The position numbers and the translations under genes are program-made. A stretch of DNA of 62,961 bases, the filler included, from Stramenopiles sp. TOSAG23-3 (lineage: Eukaryota), in assembly GCA_900128585.1 (NCBI GenBank). It is 7 parts of 7 records of this genome, joined end to end, with 100 filler letters (N's around TTAATTAATTAA, not from the genome) between each part and the next. Parts side by side here need not be neighbours in the genome. Positions count along the whole stretch, not along the records: positions 36,057 to 44,967 come from LT642969.1; positions 45,068 to 53,969 come from LT642970.1; 5 more parts are not named here. One strand, 5' to 3'. Shown piece after piece: positions 42,435-51,798 of the stretch (its first letter is position 1; each line of letters starts with the position of its first letter). Under the pieces are notes generated by a model that was given only the letters and a program-made list of their open reading frames with translations, was not told where the DNA came from and ran no database searches.

Positions 42435-44174
42435 ATGGCGCGTAATATCTCTTGGGTCGGCACGCCGTACAAAAAGACGAACCGGGGGGTAGCGTATTAC
42501 CACGCTGTTTCCGTCGATGGAGAGATATATAGAGTGCACGACGTCATATATCTACTGAACCCAGACAATCCACTGCACCCGTACATTGCGAAAATAGTCG
42601 ATCTGTTCGCAAACCCGAAAGACAAAAGTGGGGTATTTTTTATGAAAAACCGATGGTATTATCGCCACACGGATGTCCTCGAAGGCCACACAATCCCATC
42701 ACGCCCGAGCATGATGACCATCACTGCCAATGCGACCGGGGATGGCCCCGCCTTCAACAGTGTACAGAATCTCCTTCGTAAATACGAAATTTTTGAATCG
42801 TCGTCCAAGCATTTGGATGTGAACGATGTTGAATCGATTGACGATAAATGCAGGGTAATATCCATGCCCCAATTTGCGCGGCTGCGCAAATCCGAATCGA
42901 CCACGCATGCAATTATCCCGAAAAACACGTTCGTTTGCTCGCTGCGGTACGACGAAGGAAAGGGGACCTTTCGCCGCATTTCGCGGCTCCAAGCGCCCAA
43001 AGCCGCGCGCCATGGAAACAAACGAACGCCCAGTGGCGACCAATCGTCAGGAAACAATGGAAAAAAACGTAAACTTCGACCGGGTCCCGATTTCAAACGA
43101 CCAGCCGTGAGGGTGGGTGCGCAGTACCAGGCCGACTCGTTGCCTATGTATAGGCCCGATGAAAGCGGGGAGCAGGAGAGCGAGCCCGGGAGTGACGGCG
43201 CAGGCGGGGGGCATCGCCCGTACGCGACGCGCATCAATGCGATGCGGCGAAATAATTTTTGTATGGAATTTAGTGCCAGCCAAGCGCGGGAAAATGGCGT
43301 AGACATTGAAAAGTTTTTAGTGGTGGCAAAACGGGTGGACAACGGCAGGGGGCTAGGGGAGCCGTTCTTTTTGAAATGCCTTCATGCAGAAAAGTATAAT
43401 GTCGAGAAGGCAATATCGTTTGTCGCCAAGGAACGAGACCTTTTGCGCATTAGGCCAATAGCAATCTTGCCCCAAGACGAAAAAACGAAGGAACACGGTT
43501 TGGAAAATGACCAGTCCCCAACCCGTGGGAACAGGCTGTCTGCCCCCTCCACCCCGTCACGCCTTCGCATTCCAGAAAACATGCGTCCGCCGGGCACCCC
43601 GGGGCATTTTATGACCAGCGATTGGGCGTACGAAATTGTTCAACGCATGGGTGCGCGCCTTCCACCATTCAGAAAACGATCGTTCAGCGCTGCAGTTGAA
43701 GACAGCCCCGATCGGTCATCCTTGAATTCACCGAAACATGAAATTGGATACATGGATGGAAATGCGGACGAGTGCATGATTTGCCGGTCACGGGGCGTTT
43801 TGCTATGCTGCGACGGCGGGTGTGGCTCCAGCTTTCACGTGCACTGTTTGGGGTACAAGTCCACCCCAACTGACGCCGAATGGCTTTGTCTGCCATGTCG
43901 GCAAGCCGTTAATGACCCCATCCAAGAGGCGGAAGAAGGGCAAGACAGCGAAATGGAAGGGAAGGTATCGACCCCAGTTGTTGAGTTTTCCACTATAAGC
44001 AACGTAAACAAAATGTGTGGGAGCCCGGAGTCCAAAGCCCCCAGTCCGTTGCCAACGCCAGTAAAGATTCAGAGTATTAGTCCGTCTTCGTTTCAGCACA
44101 AAACGAAGAAAAAGACACAAACTTCATTGACAAATTTCTTTCCACTGTCACCCCGGCCGTCTCCCCAACGGTAA
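42435..44174 (+). CDS. Chromatin protein with BAH, ELM2 and PHD domains
   Basis: BAH (YRVHDVIYL..PYIAKI..RWYYR..E.F.S...D....SI..KC.V), ELM2 (VRVGAQYQA) and PHD (CMIC..LLCCDG.C..SFH..C..W.C..C). Confidence 0.88.
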   Translation: MARNISWVGTPYKKTNRGVAYYHAVSVDGEIYRVHDVIYLLNPDNPLHPYIAKIVDLFANPKDKSGVFFMKNRWYYRHTDVLEGHTIPSRPSMMTITANATGDGPAFNSVQNLLRKYEIFESSSKHLDVNDVESIDDKCRVISMPQFARLRKSESTTHAIIPKNTFVCSLRYDEGKGTFRRISRLQAPKAARHGNKRTPSGDQSSGNNGKKRKLRPGPDFKRPAVRVGAQYQADSLPMYRPDESGEQESEPGSDGAGGGHRPYATRINAMRRNNFCMEFSASQARENGVDIEKFLVVAKRVDNGRGLGEPFFLKCLHAEKYNVEKAISFVAKERDLLRIRPIAILPQDEKTKEHGLENDQSPTRGNRLSAPSTPSRLRIPENMRPPGTPGHFMTSDWAYEIVQRMGARLPPFRKRSFSAAVEDSPDRSSLNSPKHEIGYMDGNADECMICRSRGVLLCCDGGCGSSFHVHCLGYKSTPTDAEWLCLPCRQAVNDPIQEAEEGQDSEMEGKVSTPVVEFSTISNVNKMCGSPESKAPSPLPTPVKIQSISPSSFQHKTKKKTQTSLTNFFPLSPRPSPQR

Positions 44175-44713
44175 TTCACAATAATTCTTAGCTTAATTCG
44201 AACATAGTTTGGGGGGGGCTCTTTGATATGCATTTTTGAGTTGGAATCCATGACAGAGGTTAAATTAGGGCAAATGCTCGATGCCCGGTGAGGCAGTAAA
44301 TTTGGCGACTCGGGGGGGGGGCTCTAAAGACGGGTTGCATTTTGATCGGTGTCATCACCTTGAAGAAAAGAAAAGCAATATAACTATTTTTTGGGAAAGA
44401 GGGAGAATTTTACTGCCTAAAATTGATGCTTATTCCGTACTCGTAAAATATTACCCGTAGGCCCTCTCGTATTATCACATATGCTTACTTTAAGCAGAGA
44501 TTATCTGAAACCGAAAAGTTTCTACATGTGTACAAAAGATTTACAAGCAGCTGGACCCAAACAACAGCACTGGTGCCGTGGGTTGACCTCGTCTGTCACT
44601 CCAGAGGGTCTCCAAACGCACATTTCGAAATTGTGCATGGTCAAATCATAAAGTAATCTCTGCCGGTTGCCCTCAATGGATAAGTTTGTTCTCGTTCCGT
44701 CCTCTTGACCCAG

Positions 44714-44967
44714 TTAGGCCGTGGCCGGCGTCCATCTATGCTGCACAATGACCATATAATCGCGGCCCTGGGAGACCAAGACTTCGTGCTTCGTAGCCCG
44801 TACCCGAAAGTGTGTCAAATCGTCCTCGGGGTCTACGTCTCTAACCACGTGTCTTGCTTGGGCTGCCAAGCGAGCAAAATAGGCTGCGAACTGCTCCGCC
44901 CTCTCTTGGGGCATACCAGGGTAACGCCTAATCACTGAACCATCCTTGTCTACAATAACGTAATTTT
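44714..44967 (-). CDS. Dynein light chain roadblock/LC7 (5' truncated by contig edge)
   Basis: YVIVDKDG..IR and AR.VVRD.DP.DDL..FRVR..KHEVLV...Y..IV.Q motifs. Confidence 0.88.
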
Positions 44968-45067
44968 NNNNNNNNNNNNNNNNNNNNNNNNNNNNNNNNN
45001 NNNNNNNNNNNTTAATTAATTAANNNNNNNNNNNNNNNNNNNNNNNNNNNNNNNNNNNNNNNNNNNN
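44968..45067. other. Artificial contig linker
   Basis: N44-TTAATTAATTAA-N44. Confidence 0.98.
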
Positions 45068-45390
45068 GTAAAAAATATTATTATTAGTAAATAATGTTAA
45101 TTTATAAACTATATATAAAAGAATGTGCGTGTAAATTCTTTACATTTGTTTTAATTTGGTATTTTCACATATCTATCCATCAACAATTGTTAACGGGGGA
45201 GAGTTTTTGTTGTGTTTGTTGTGTTTGTTGTGTTTGTTGTGTTTTGTTTGTTTTGTTTGTTTTCTCTCACTCTACGCACACACCCCATTCTCGGTTGCTT
45301 CTTGTGTGCCGCACCCCGTCGTATTTTGTGGTTTATCGTTCGGTTCGGTTCGGTTTTGTTTAGTGGGGTGTATAGTATAGAGACAGTCCA

Positions 45391-48300
45391 ATGTCGCATT
45401 TGGCTCTTGAAGAACGTGAAGGGAGTGCAGGCGCCGGTACAGGTACAGGGGGGACAACGTCCTCCTCCGCCGTGCGGAGGGGGGCAAAGGGCGCTTCGAC
45501 TCCGTTGCACCCTGCCTGCGTCCGCGCCCTGAAGAACGTGAACAACTGCGCGAGTATGGGCGTCATTGTGAGGGATTTTTTGAGCGACCTGGCCATTTCA
45601 AAAGATGGCCGGGGGGATCTCGATGCCGGCGTTGCGGCCACGGTGACGAGGGAGCTGATGCGGGGCGTAGGGGCGTCCTGGCACCCCGAGAGCCCGCAAA
45701 AAGTTCAACATTTCGTGCAAAGCGGTTTTTCTTTCGAGCGCATTTTCAACGCGCTGCTGCTGCCGGGGGGCGTGACCCTGGAAGAATTTTTTGAGGGGGT
45801 CCAGGAGAAACGGCCCGTGTGCGGACGCGTCTTCGAAGACGGTGACCTGGCCTACACCTGCCTGGACTGCCGCACGGACGGGACGTGCGTCCTGTGCGAA
45901 GAGTGCTTCACGAACGGAAACCACGAGGGCCACCGGGTGCGGTACCACCAAACGAGCGCGGGCGGTATTTGCGATTGCGGGGACCACGAGGCCTGGAAAC
46001 CCTCTGGGTTCTGCAAAGCGCACTCTGGAATTTTGGAAAAATCCTCTGGGGCCGAAGGCCCGGGGGAAGGCGGTGTCCTCCCTGGCCCGATCAGGGACCG
46101 GGCGGCCATGATCATCCAGCAGGTCATCGAGTACCTGAAATCCTTCGTGCTGCGCGAGCGCGCGTCGTTCCAAGAACTGCCCGCGGCGGTCGACGGCCAG
46201 GACTGGCTCGTCGTCCTGCACAACGACGACAAGCACACCTACGAAGAGGTCACCGGGGCGCTAAAACGGTGCCTTCCCGATGCGATCCAGCATCGCCAAA
46301 TGACAGAGCGGGTGGACAAGTACGGGAGCGCGATCGTGTACTGTGGGGGGCACGAGCTGGTGGAAAAGATTGCGGAGAGGCTCCGGTCCACGTTCGGGCT
46401 GCTGGTGAGCATAAAGCGGGCCACGTGGGAGACGGAGGCCGGGGTGTGCAACATGGGCATCCGGTGGTTGCACAAACTGGCCAGCTCCTCCCCTTCGTTC
46501 GCGGCGATGATCACGGCCGCGTTCGCCAAGAGCTCGGGCGGGTCCCCGAAAAGCGGGGCGATCCCTGCGCTGGGCCACCCTTCCTTGCACCGCCTAAAGT
46601 TCTTCAAAACGATCAGGGGGACCCCCGTGTTCTGGTGCCCCGCCGCAATCGACACTGCGAAAATTTACTACTACTACGGCGACGACGAGTGGAAATGGTC
46701 CCCAGTGGAGCTTGACGAAATGCTGCCGCTGAACGGAAAGTCGCTCGTGTCCCTGGACACCGAAAACCTTACGGAGTTTCAAAAAGTCCTGCTCCTGGGC
46801 AACGAAGAAATTTTTCGCTACCTGCAACGCCACCCAAAGGACGCCAAGGTGTACCTGCACGACGTCCTTGCCGAGCAACGAAGTTGGGAACGCCAGGACA
46901 AGAAGCGCATCAAGCTGACCATCGATAACGATGGAAAAGTGTCGAAACAGGAGGCCGTGGTGGGGGGGCACGCGGGCCAAGGCGTCACAGCGCTTGAGGC
47001 GTGCATTTGCAACGATGAGCTCCTTCCGAAGGAGGTCATCAAGGAGCTCCACATGATGTACGCGACGTTGTGGGCCACTGACGCCGACTTCAAGACGTCG
47101 TTCTCGCTGTTCTATACGCAAAACCTTCCTTCCAGGTGTTACAAGTTCTCCCAGGGGGTCGGGACCGATGACGAGTCCCTTGAGAAATTGTTTTGCGTCC
47201 AGGTATTCACGACCCCATCGATTGTGGAAAAGCTATGCGTAGAGAATGAACTGCTGGCTGGCACGTTGGCGGCGATCCACCTCTCGTTCGTAAACAGCTT
47301 TCGTAACAACTTGGTTCGCTCGGCCCACATCATCCCGAAACTAAAGCTGGACAGTTGGGCGCTGAAACACGACCGCCACAACCTGAGCTATGAACACTTG
47401 TACTACACGCTAAGAATTCCAGCAGGGATGAAACTGTTCGTCTGGCAAACGCCCGCCAACGTCGGGCTGTTCCTATGGCACCTGTCGTGCTTCCAACGAA
47501 TGTCCACGTACACGAGAAAGTGTGGCAACCATACAGAGTACGAAAGTGACGAGTGGCAGCGGGCCTTGTCTTGCTTGATCGGTATGACCACGCGCTTTTT
47601 TCACACGATGACCACGAACCTTGCGCTGGAGGACGCCCAAACGGGGGGGCGGGCGCGCGGTGCGGGAAAGGAGGCGGACACCTTGGCGTATGCCGCGGCC
47701 CACGACGTGGAATCACGGCAAAAGAAGACCGCGGCAACCTTGAAAAAGGTGCAGTCGTTGATGCCCGAGAGGAGCCTTGGACCGATTAACCGCAGCCAAA
47801 CCAATGTGCTTCTGCCAGAGCACAGCATCTACAAAGACATTTACGACAACCTGTCCCCGAACACTGTGCTCCTGGGGCGAACGACCGCATCGCAATGCAT
47901 GATCGCCCTGTCGGACTGGGCGATACATACCCGGGTGCTGAAGGGGGTGCGCATGACAGACGCCCCGACGGGGGTCTTTCCTGTACTGCAATTCGACGTA
48001 TTGAAAGACCCTGTCTCTCTGTACTACCCCCTGCACAATTTTTTTGCAATGTTCATCCACTACCACGAAGCCATTCTGGAGCTGTCTCCCCGAGATCGGA
48101 GGAAAAAGAGCTCTCTGAATCAACTGTTCCCGGTCTCGCCCAACCACGCCATAAAATCGTCCCGGGTCTACACCGAGCGCCAAGCCGAGGCATTGGCGTC
48201 GAAAGATTTGTACGACGCAGACGACGGCGGGACGACCTGGCTGGGACGTCTGGTGCTGCTTGAGTTTCCTCTTCAGGTAGCGGCGTTTGCGTCCCAGGTG

Positions 48301-51300
48301 GTGAAGAAGCTGTGGACTCGGAATGGGCCAATGGTTTCGTACCAGGTTGTCAGCTGTATGCAGCCGCCGTACTGCCACGGTGTCATGAATTTAGCGATCA
48401 AGGCCCTTCAAATTGGCCTCGTCGGGGTCGGGGCGGAACATTTCCTGACGTGCTTCGTAGACCGCTTCGGGTTGGAGGCGTGGCTGTACGACGAGTACAA
48501 CATTCGGGGAATTAAGAATCCCTACATCAACGTCAACAAAGAAGGGGTTTGGGGCGTAGGCGCTGAGGAAGCGATGAAGGTAATGGGGGAGATGCTGCGG
48601 TACATTATCACCGTCGCCACGGAGTTCCATGGCCCGCTTGAGAGCTTGAGCGACAATATCCTCATGTCTGGGCTGCGCCGGGAAGTCGTGCATCACTTGG
48701 CAATCGGTCCTAAAAAACGGAGTGAGCTCGTCAAACGCATTAATTCTTCTACCGGCATCTCATTGCTGAGCCATGATTCGTCAAAGGAAAGTTTGTGGGG
48801 GCGGCTTGCTGATGTTTTGCCGGAGATTGCTAAATTCAAAGAGGGAAACGATGGCGAGCCAGGGGAGTACGTTTTGAAGAACGAAATCATGGAAGAGTAC
48901 GACCCTTATTTTTTGCACCTGAGTAGGGAAGCGCACAACAAAGTTCGCGAAAAATGGCTGAAGTACAGGGCCGAGTCGTACAAATCGAACCGACGGGGCC
49001 CCCGGCCGCCCGTGTTTAAGTTGAGGGCACCCCCGAAACATTTTGAGGCAGTTCACGACATGCTGCTCAGCCCGGCGCTGCTAGAAATAATTCGACCGTT
49101 GCTTGCAAGGAAGAAAGTCTCCCCCGAAGTCTTGGCAAACTGCGTGCATCTTTTGGGGCTGTCGGTAATTATGTTGAAGGAAAGCCATGGTTCGCAAGGG
49201 GGAAATAGGGTGAGGTTCTTACGGTCCATTGCATTTCGACATCCCTGCGGAATCAACGACAGGCTCGTTGTGGGCACTGAAATTGAGGAGGGCAGCGTCA
49301 TTGACTCTTTGTTCTTTCACTACCGCCGCGTTTTTGAGCCCAGCGAGGTCCAAGAGGATGCAAACGAAGCGCTGCTGGAAAGGGAGAACTTAGAGTGGAT
49401 TCTGTTTGGTCTGGAGGAAGAGGATTCTGGGTACACTATGGCCGGGACCCTGAAGGAGTCTATTCACTCGCTGCGGGAGGAAATGGCCAAACGGGAAAAA
49501 CCGGGTGGCTCAAAATCGGAGGAAGCTGGTGAAAAATCGGAGAATGGAAGCAAAGCGAAATCGGTGCAAGACGCTGCCCTCAAGGCCATGAACGAAAAGC
49601 AAAATGCATTTTTGGCCATGATGGAAGAAGAATCTTCGGAAGACGATAGCGACGGGAGCGACGGGAGCGATGACTCGTCCGATGGGTCGAGCGCCGCTGG
49701 GGCGTCGGGTGAAAACGCCGCCTCTGAGGGCAAGAAAGATGAGTCCCCAAGCGCCCTAGAATGTATGTTTTGCCACGAATACTCGGCCAGCATGGTTTCG
49801 GGGTACATTGGGTACGGGTTTTTGCCAGCCGGATCGTCGAAATCTTTGTCGATACTGCGCTGCTCCCATGCCGCACACTTCGACTGCCTGGATACGTACT
49901 TGGCCATGCAGCACAGTCGTCCTTCCCGCGGCATCATGCAAAATATAGACGCAGAAAACAGCAGTGAGTTTTTTTGCCCACTGTGCAAACGTTTAAGCAA
50001 CATTTTGATTCCCTCGTTGCCCCCACCCCTTGTGCGTGAATCGCCGGGAAGTTTGATGGCTCCCGCAAAAAAATTGTTGGGCGTGGCCGCTGGAAGCTCC
50101 AATTACGCTGACTTTTTAAAGACTCGTGCGGCGGAAAGCCCAAAAAAATCGCTCACCAACAGTCAGTCTGCGGCCCTGGTGCTGTTTATGACTACAATTG
50201 TAAACGTTGAGAGTCTTGAAAGGGAGTCCAAAGTCATGAGCATGCCTGACATGGTCATTGCGACCTTGGTGTCGACCATCCAGACCGTCTCAACGAGCTC
50301 GTTCCTCCAAGAGAGCTCTGCCAATGACCGGTCGAAGGGCGACGCGATTAATAGTTTGTCGTTGAAGGCCCTGCTGAGGGCTTGCCGCGCGTCGATAGAG
50401 ACTTTGGGGGAGGCTGACCGTGACAGTCTGTACAAAGTGTTTTGGGGCCTGGTAACGACGGGGTGCGCCCCACAGGGGCAAAGCCCCCTGCTAGAAGCAT
50501 TTTTCACGAAAGTCGCGAAAGGCAAAACCCTCTTGGACCCTCTCGTGGACATGGACGCCATTTTAATAACCGGTTTCGTCCTGTTCTCCAATGACATTCC
50601 GGTGCTAAAAACCATTTTCAAGGTTGTGCACTGCGCCACAATCTCGCAGGCAACGTTGTACAACGGTGGCAAATCAAACGACAGCGAAACACTCTTCCAG
50701 CACATGCTGTCTTTGATACCCTCACAGCAAAACCGCGAACTCGTAATTGCAAATGCAGAGCAAAACGAATCGTTCGTGAGATCAACGCAGAGCGCCCGAT
50801 CCCGCTGCGCTTCACTGGCTTACTTGCTGCTCAACTCGTTGGAAGACGAGAGCCTGGCATGGCCAAATGATAGGGCTATGTTTGGCGTTGAAAAGGCTTT
50901 AGACCTCCCTTCCTTTAAATCTATTGTACAAACGGACGGGACCACAACGTGGTCCGATTGGTTGGAGACGTGGTGCGGACAACTCAGCGAGTCAAACAAG
51001 ACCCTAAATATGATTCCCCCCTCGGTTTATAGCAAACCTTCGTTTGTTGAGCTAGAAGACCGGTACGACCGACTCCTGGGTAGGAAGAAGAGCGATGTTG
51101 TCGGAGAAATAAGCGAGGACTCCCAGCCTTGCCTGTGCCTTTTGTGTGGAAAGTGCCTCCCAGGGGGTAAAAAGAATGCAAATAATGTGGGTGCCTGCCA
51201 CGTGCACGCCAATACCGAAGGACATTGTGAGGCGAATGCAGCTCTTGGGGTTGGTGTCTTTATATGCCTCAGAAGCACTAGGGTGGTAATTATGCGTAAG

Positions 51301-51501
51301 AAATGGGCAGCATACTACCCGTCCATCTACGTTGACGAGTATGGGGAGACTGACCCGTACATGCGACGAGGTGCACCTTTAGTTCTTAACAGAAGAAGAC
51401 TAGAAAAGTTGCAAGACCTCTGGGCAAGTGGGAGGTTGGCCAACGAAGTTACTAGTATCCGAATGAAAAGCAATCGCATCATTCTCAATAATTGGTTTTG
51501 A
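45391..51501 (+). CDS. N-recognin E3 ubiquitin ligase UBR1/UBR2/PRT6-like
   Basis: UBR box (CGRVF..YTCLDC..CVLC..CF..H.GH..GGICDCGD.EAW..FC..H), ClpS-like domain (VVLHNDDKHTYEEV), RING (C..C...CSHAAH..C...EFFCPLCKRLSN) and C-terminal S.YVD.YGE.D..MRRG.PL.L; 2036 aa uninterrupted. Confidence 0.96.
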   Translation: MSHLALEEREGSAGAGTGTGGTTSSSAVRRGAKGASTPLHPACVRALKNVNNCASMGVIVRDFLSDLAISKDGRGDLDAGVAATVTRELMRGVGASWHPESPQKVQHFVQSGFSFERIFNALLLPGGVTLEEFFEGVQEKRPVCGRVFEDGDLAYTCLDCRTDGTCVLCEECFTNGNHEGHRVRYHQTSAGGICDCGDHEAWKPSGFCKAHSGILEKSSGAEGPGEGGVLPGPIRDRAAMIIQQVIEYLKSFVLRERASFQELPAAVDGQDWLVVLHNDDKHTYEEVTGALKRCLPDAIQHRQMTERVDKYGSAIVYCGGHELVEKIAERLRSTFGLLVSIKRATWETEAGVCNMGIRWLHKLASSSPSFAAMITAAFAKSSGGSPKSGAIPALGHPSLHRLKFFKTIRGTPVFWCPAAIDTAKIYYYYGDDEWKWSPVELDEMLPLNGKSLVSLDTENLTEFQKVLLLGNEEIFRYLQRHPKDAKVYLHDVLAEQRSWERQDKKRIKLTIDNDGKVSKQEAVVGGHAGQGVTALEACICNDELLPKEVIKELHMMYATLWATDADFKTSFSLFYTQNLPSRCYKFSQGVGTDDESLEKLFCVQVFTTPSIVEKLCVENELLAGTLAAIHLSFVNSFRNNLVRSAHIIPKLKLDSWALKHDRHNLSYEHLYYTLRIPAGMKLFVWQTPANVGLFLWHLSCFQRMSTYTRKCGNHTEYESDEWQRALSCLIGMTTRFFHTMTTNLALEDAQTGGRARGAGKEADTLAYAAAHDVESRQKKTAATLKKVQSLMPERSLGPINRSQTNVLLPEHSIYKDIYDNLSPNTVLLGRTTASQCMIALSDWAIHTRVLKGVRMTDAPTGVFPVLQFDVLKDPVSLYYPLHNFFAMFIHYHEAILELSPRDRRKKSSLNQLFPVSPNHAIKSSRVYTERQAEALASKDLYDADDGGTTWLGRLVLLEFPLQVAAFASQVVKKLWTRNGPMVSYQVVSCMQPPYCHGVMNLAIKALQIGLVGVGAEHFLTCFVDRFGLEAWLYDEYNIRGIKNPYINVNKEGVWGVGAEEAMKVMGEMLRYIITVATEFHGPLESLSDNILMSGLRREVVHHLAIGPKKRSELVKRINSSTGISLLSHDSSKESLWGRLADVLPEIAKFKEGNDGEPGEYVLKNEIMEEYDPYFLHLSREAHNKVREKWLKYRAESYKSNRRGPRPPVFKLRAPPKHFEAVHDMLLSPALLEIIRPLLARKKVSPEVLANCVHLLGLSVIMLKESHGSQGGNRVRFLRSIAFRHPCGINDRLVVGTEIEEGSVIDSLFFHYRRVFEPSEVQEDANEALLERENLEWILFGLEEEDSGYTMAGTLKESIHSLREEMAKREKPGGSKSEEAGEKSENGSKAKSVQDAALKAMNEKQNAFLAMMEEESSEDDSDGSDGSDDSSDGSSAAGASGENAASEGKKDESPSALECMFCHEYSASMVSGYIGYGFLPAGSSKSLSILRCSHAAHFDCLDTYLAMQHSRPSRGIMQNIDAENSSEFFCPLCKRLSNILIPSLPPPLVRESPGSLMAPAKKLLGVAAGSSNYADFLKTRAAESPKKSLTNSQSAALVLFMTTIVNVESLERESKVMSMPDMVIATLVSTIQTVSTSSFLQESSANDRSKGDAINSLSLKALLRACRASIETLGEADRDSLYKVFWGLVTTGCAPQGQSPLLEAFFTKVAKGKTLLDPLVDMDAILITGFVLFSNDIPVLKTIFKVVHCATISQATLYNGGKSNDSETLFQHMLSLIPSQQNRELVIANAEQNESFVRSTQSARSRCASLAYLLLNSLEDESLAWPNDRAMFGVEKALDLPSFKSIVQTDGTTTWSDWLETWCGQLSESNKTLNMIPPSVYSKPSFVELEDRYDRLLGRKKSDVVGEISEDSQPCLCLLCGKCLPGGKKNANNVGACHVHANTEGHCEANAALGVGVFICLRSTRVVIMRKKWAAYYPSIYVDEYGETDPYMRRGAPLVLNRRRLEKLQDLWASGRLANEVTSIRMKSNRIILNNWF

Positions 51502-51522
51502 TTCGGTGTGAAATCTTATATT

Positions 51523-51720
51523 AAAAACAAGAAAATTGGCTGTTGTTTAAGTAATTAAATGTTTTGCTGTTGAAAAATATATGCTGTTTAATTTGAAAAA
51601 AAGATAAAAAATTAATTTTTTTTAAATAATTTAGACACATCTAAATCTAGATTTCAGTTCGCAGTACATTATTAAGCTTGATTTTAATTACTTAAATAAC
51701 AGCCAATTTTCTTGTTTTTT
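51523..51720. repeat. Inverted pair of the ~37-bp dispersed motif AAACAAGAAAATTGGCTGTTATTTAAGTAATTAAA
   Basis: 51523-51559 (+) and 51683-51720 (-), with one mismatch. Other copies are at 767-790 (+), 5080-5100 (+) and 27422-27454 (-). Confidence 0.85.
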
Positions 51721-51798
51721 TTATTTAGACATAATTCTTTTCATCATCTTCATGTTAACTGTGGTGTAATTCATTTTCACGAGCGAGCCCGCGTGTCA

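Noticed and set aside
44340-44358. GTGATGA on the minus strand as a snoRNA C box
   Set aside because: No downstream CTGA D box or rRNA-complementary guide was found.
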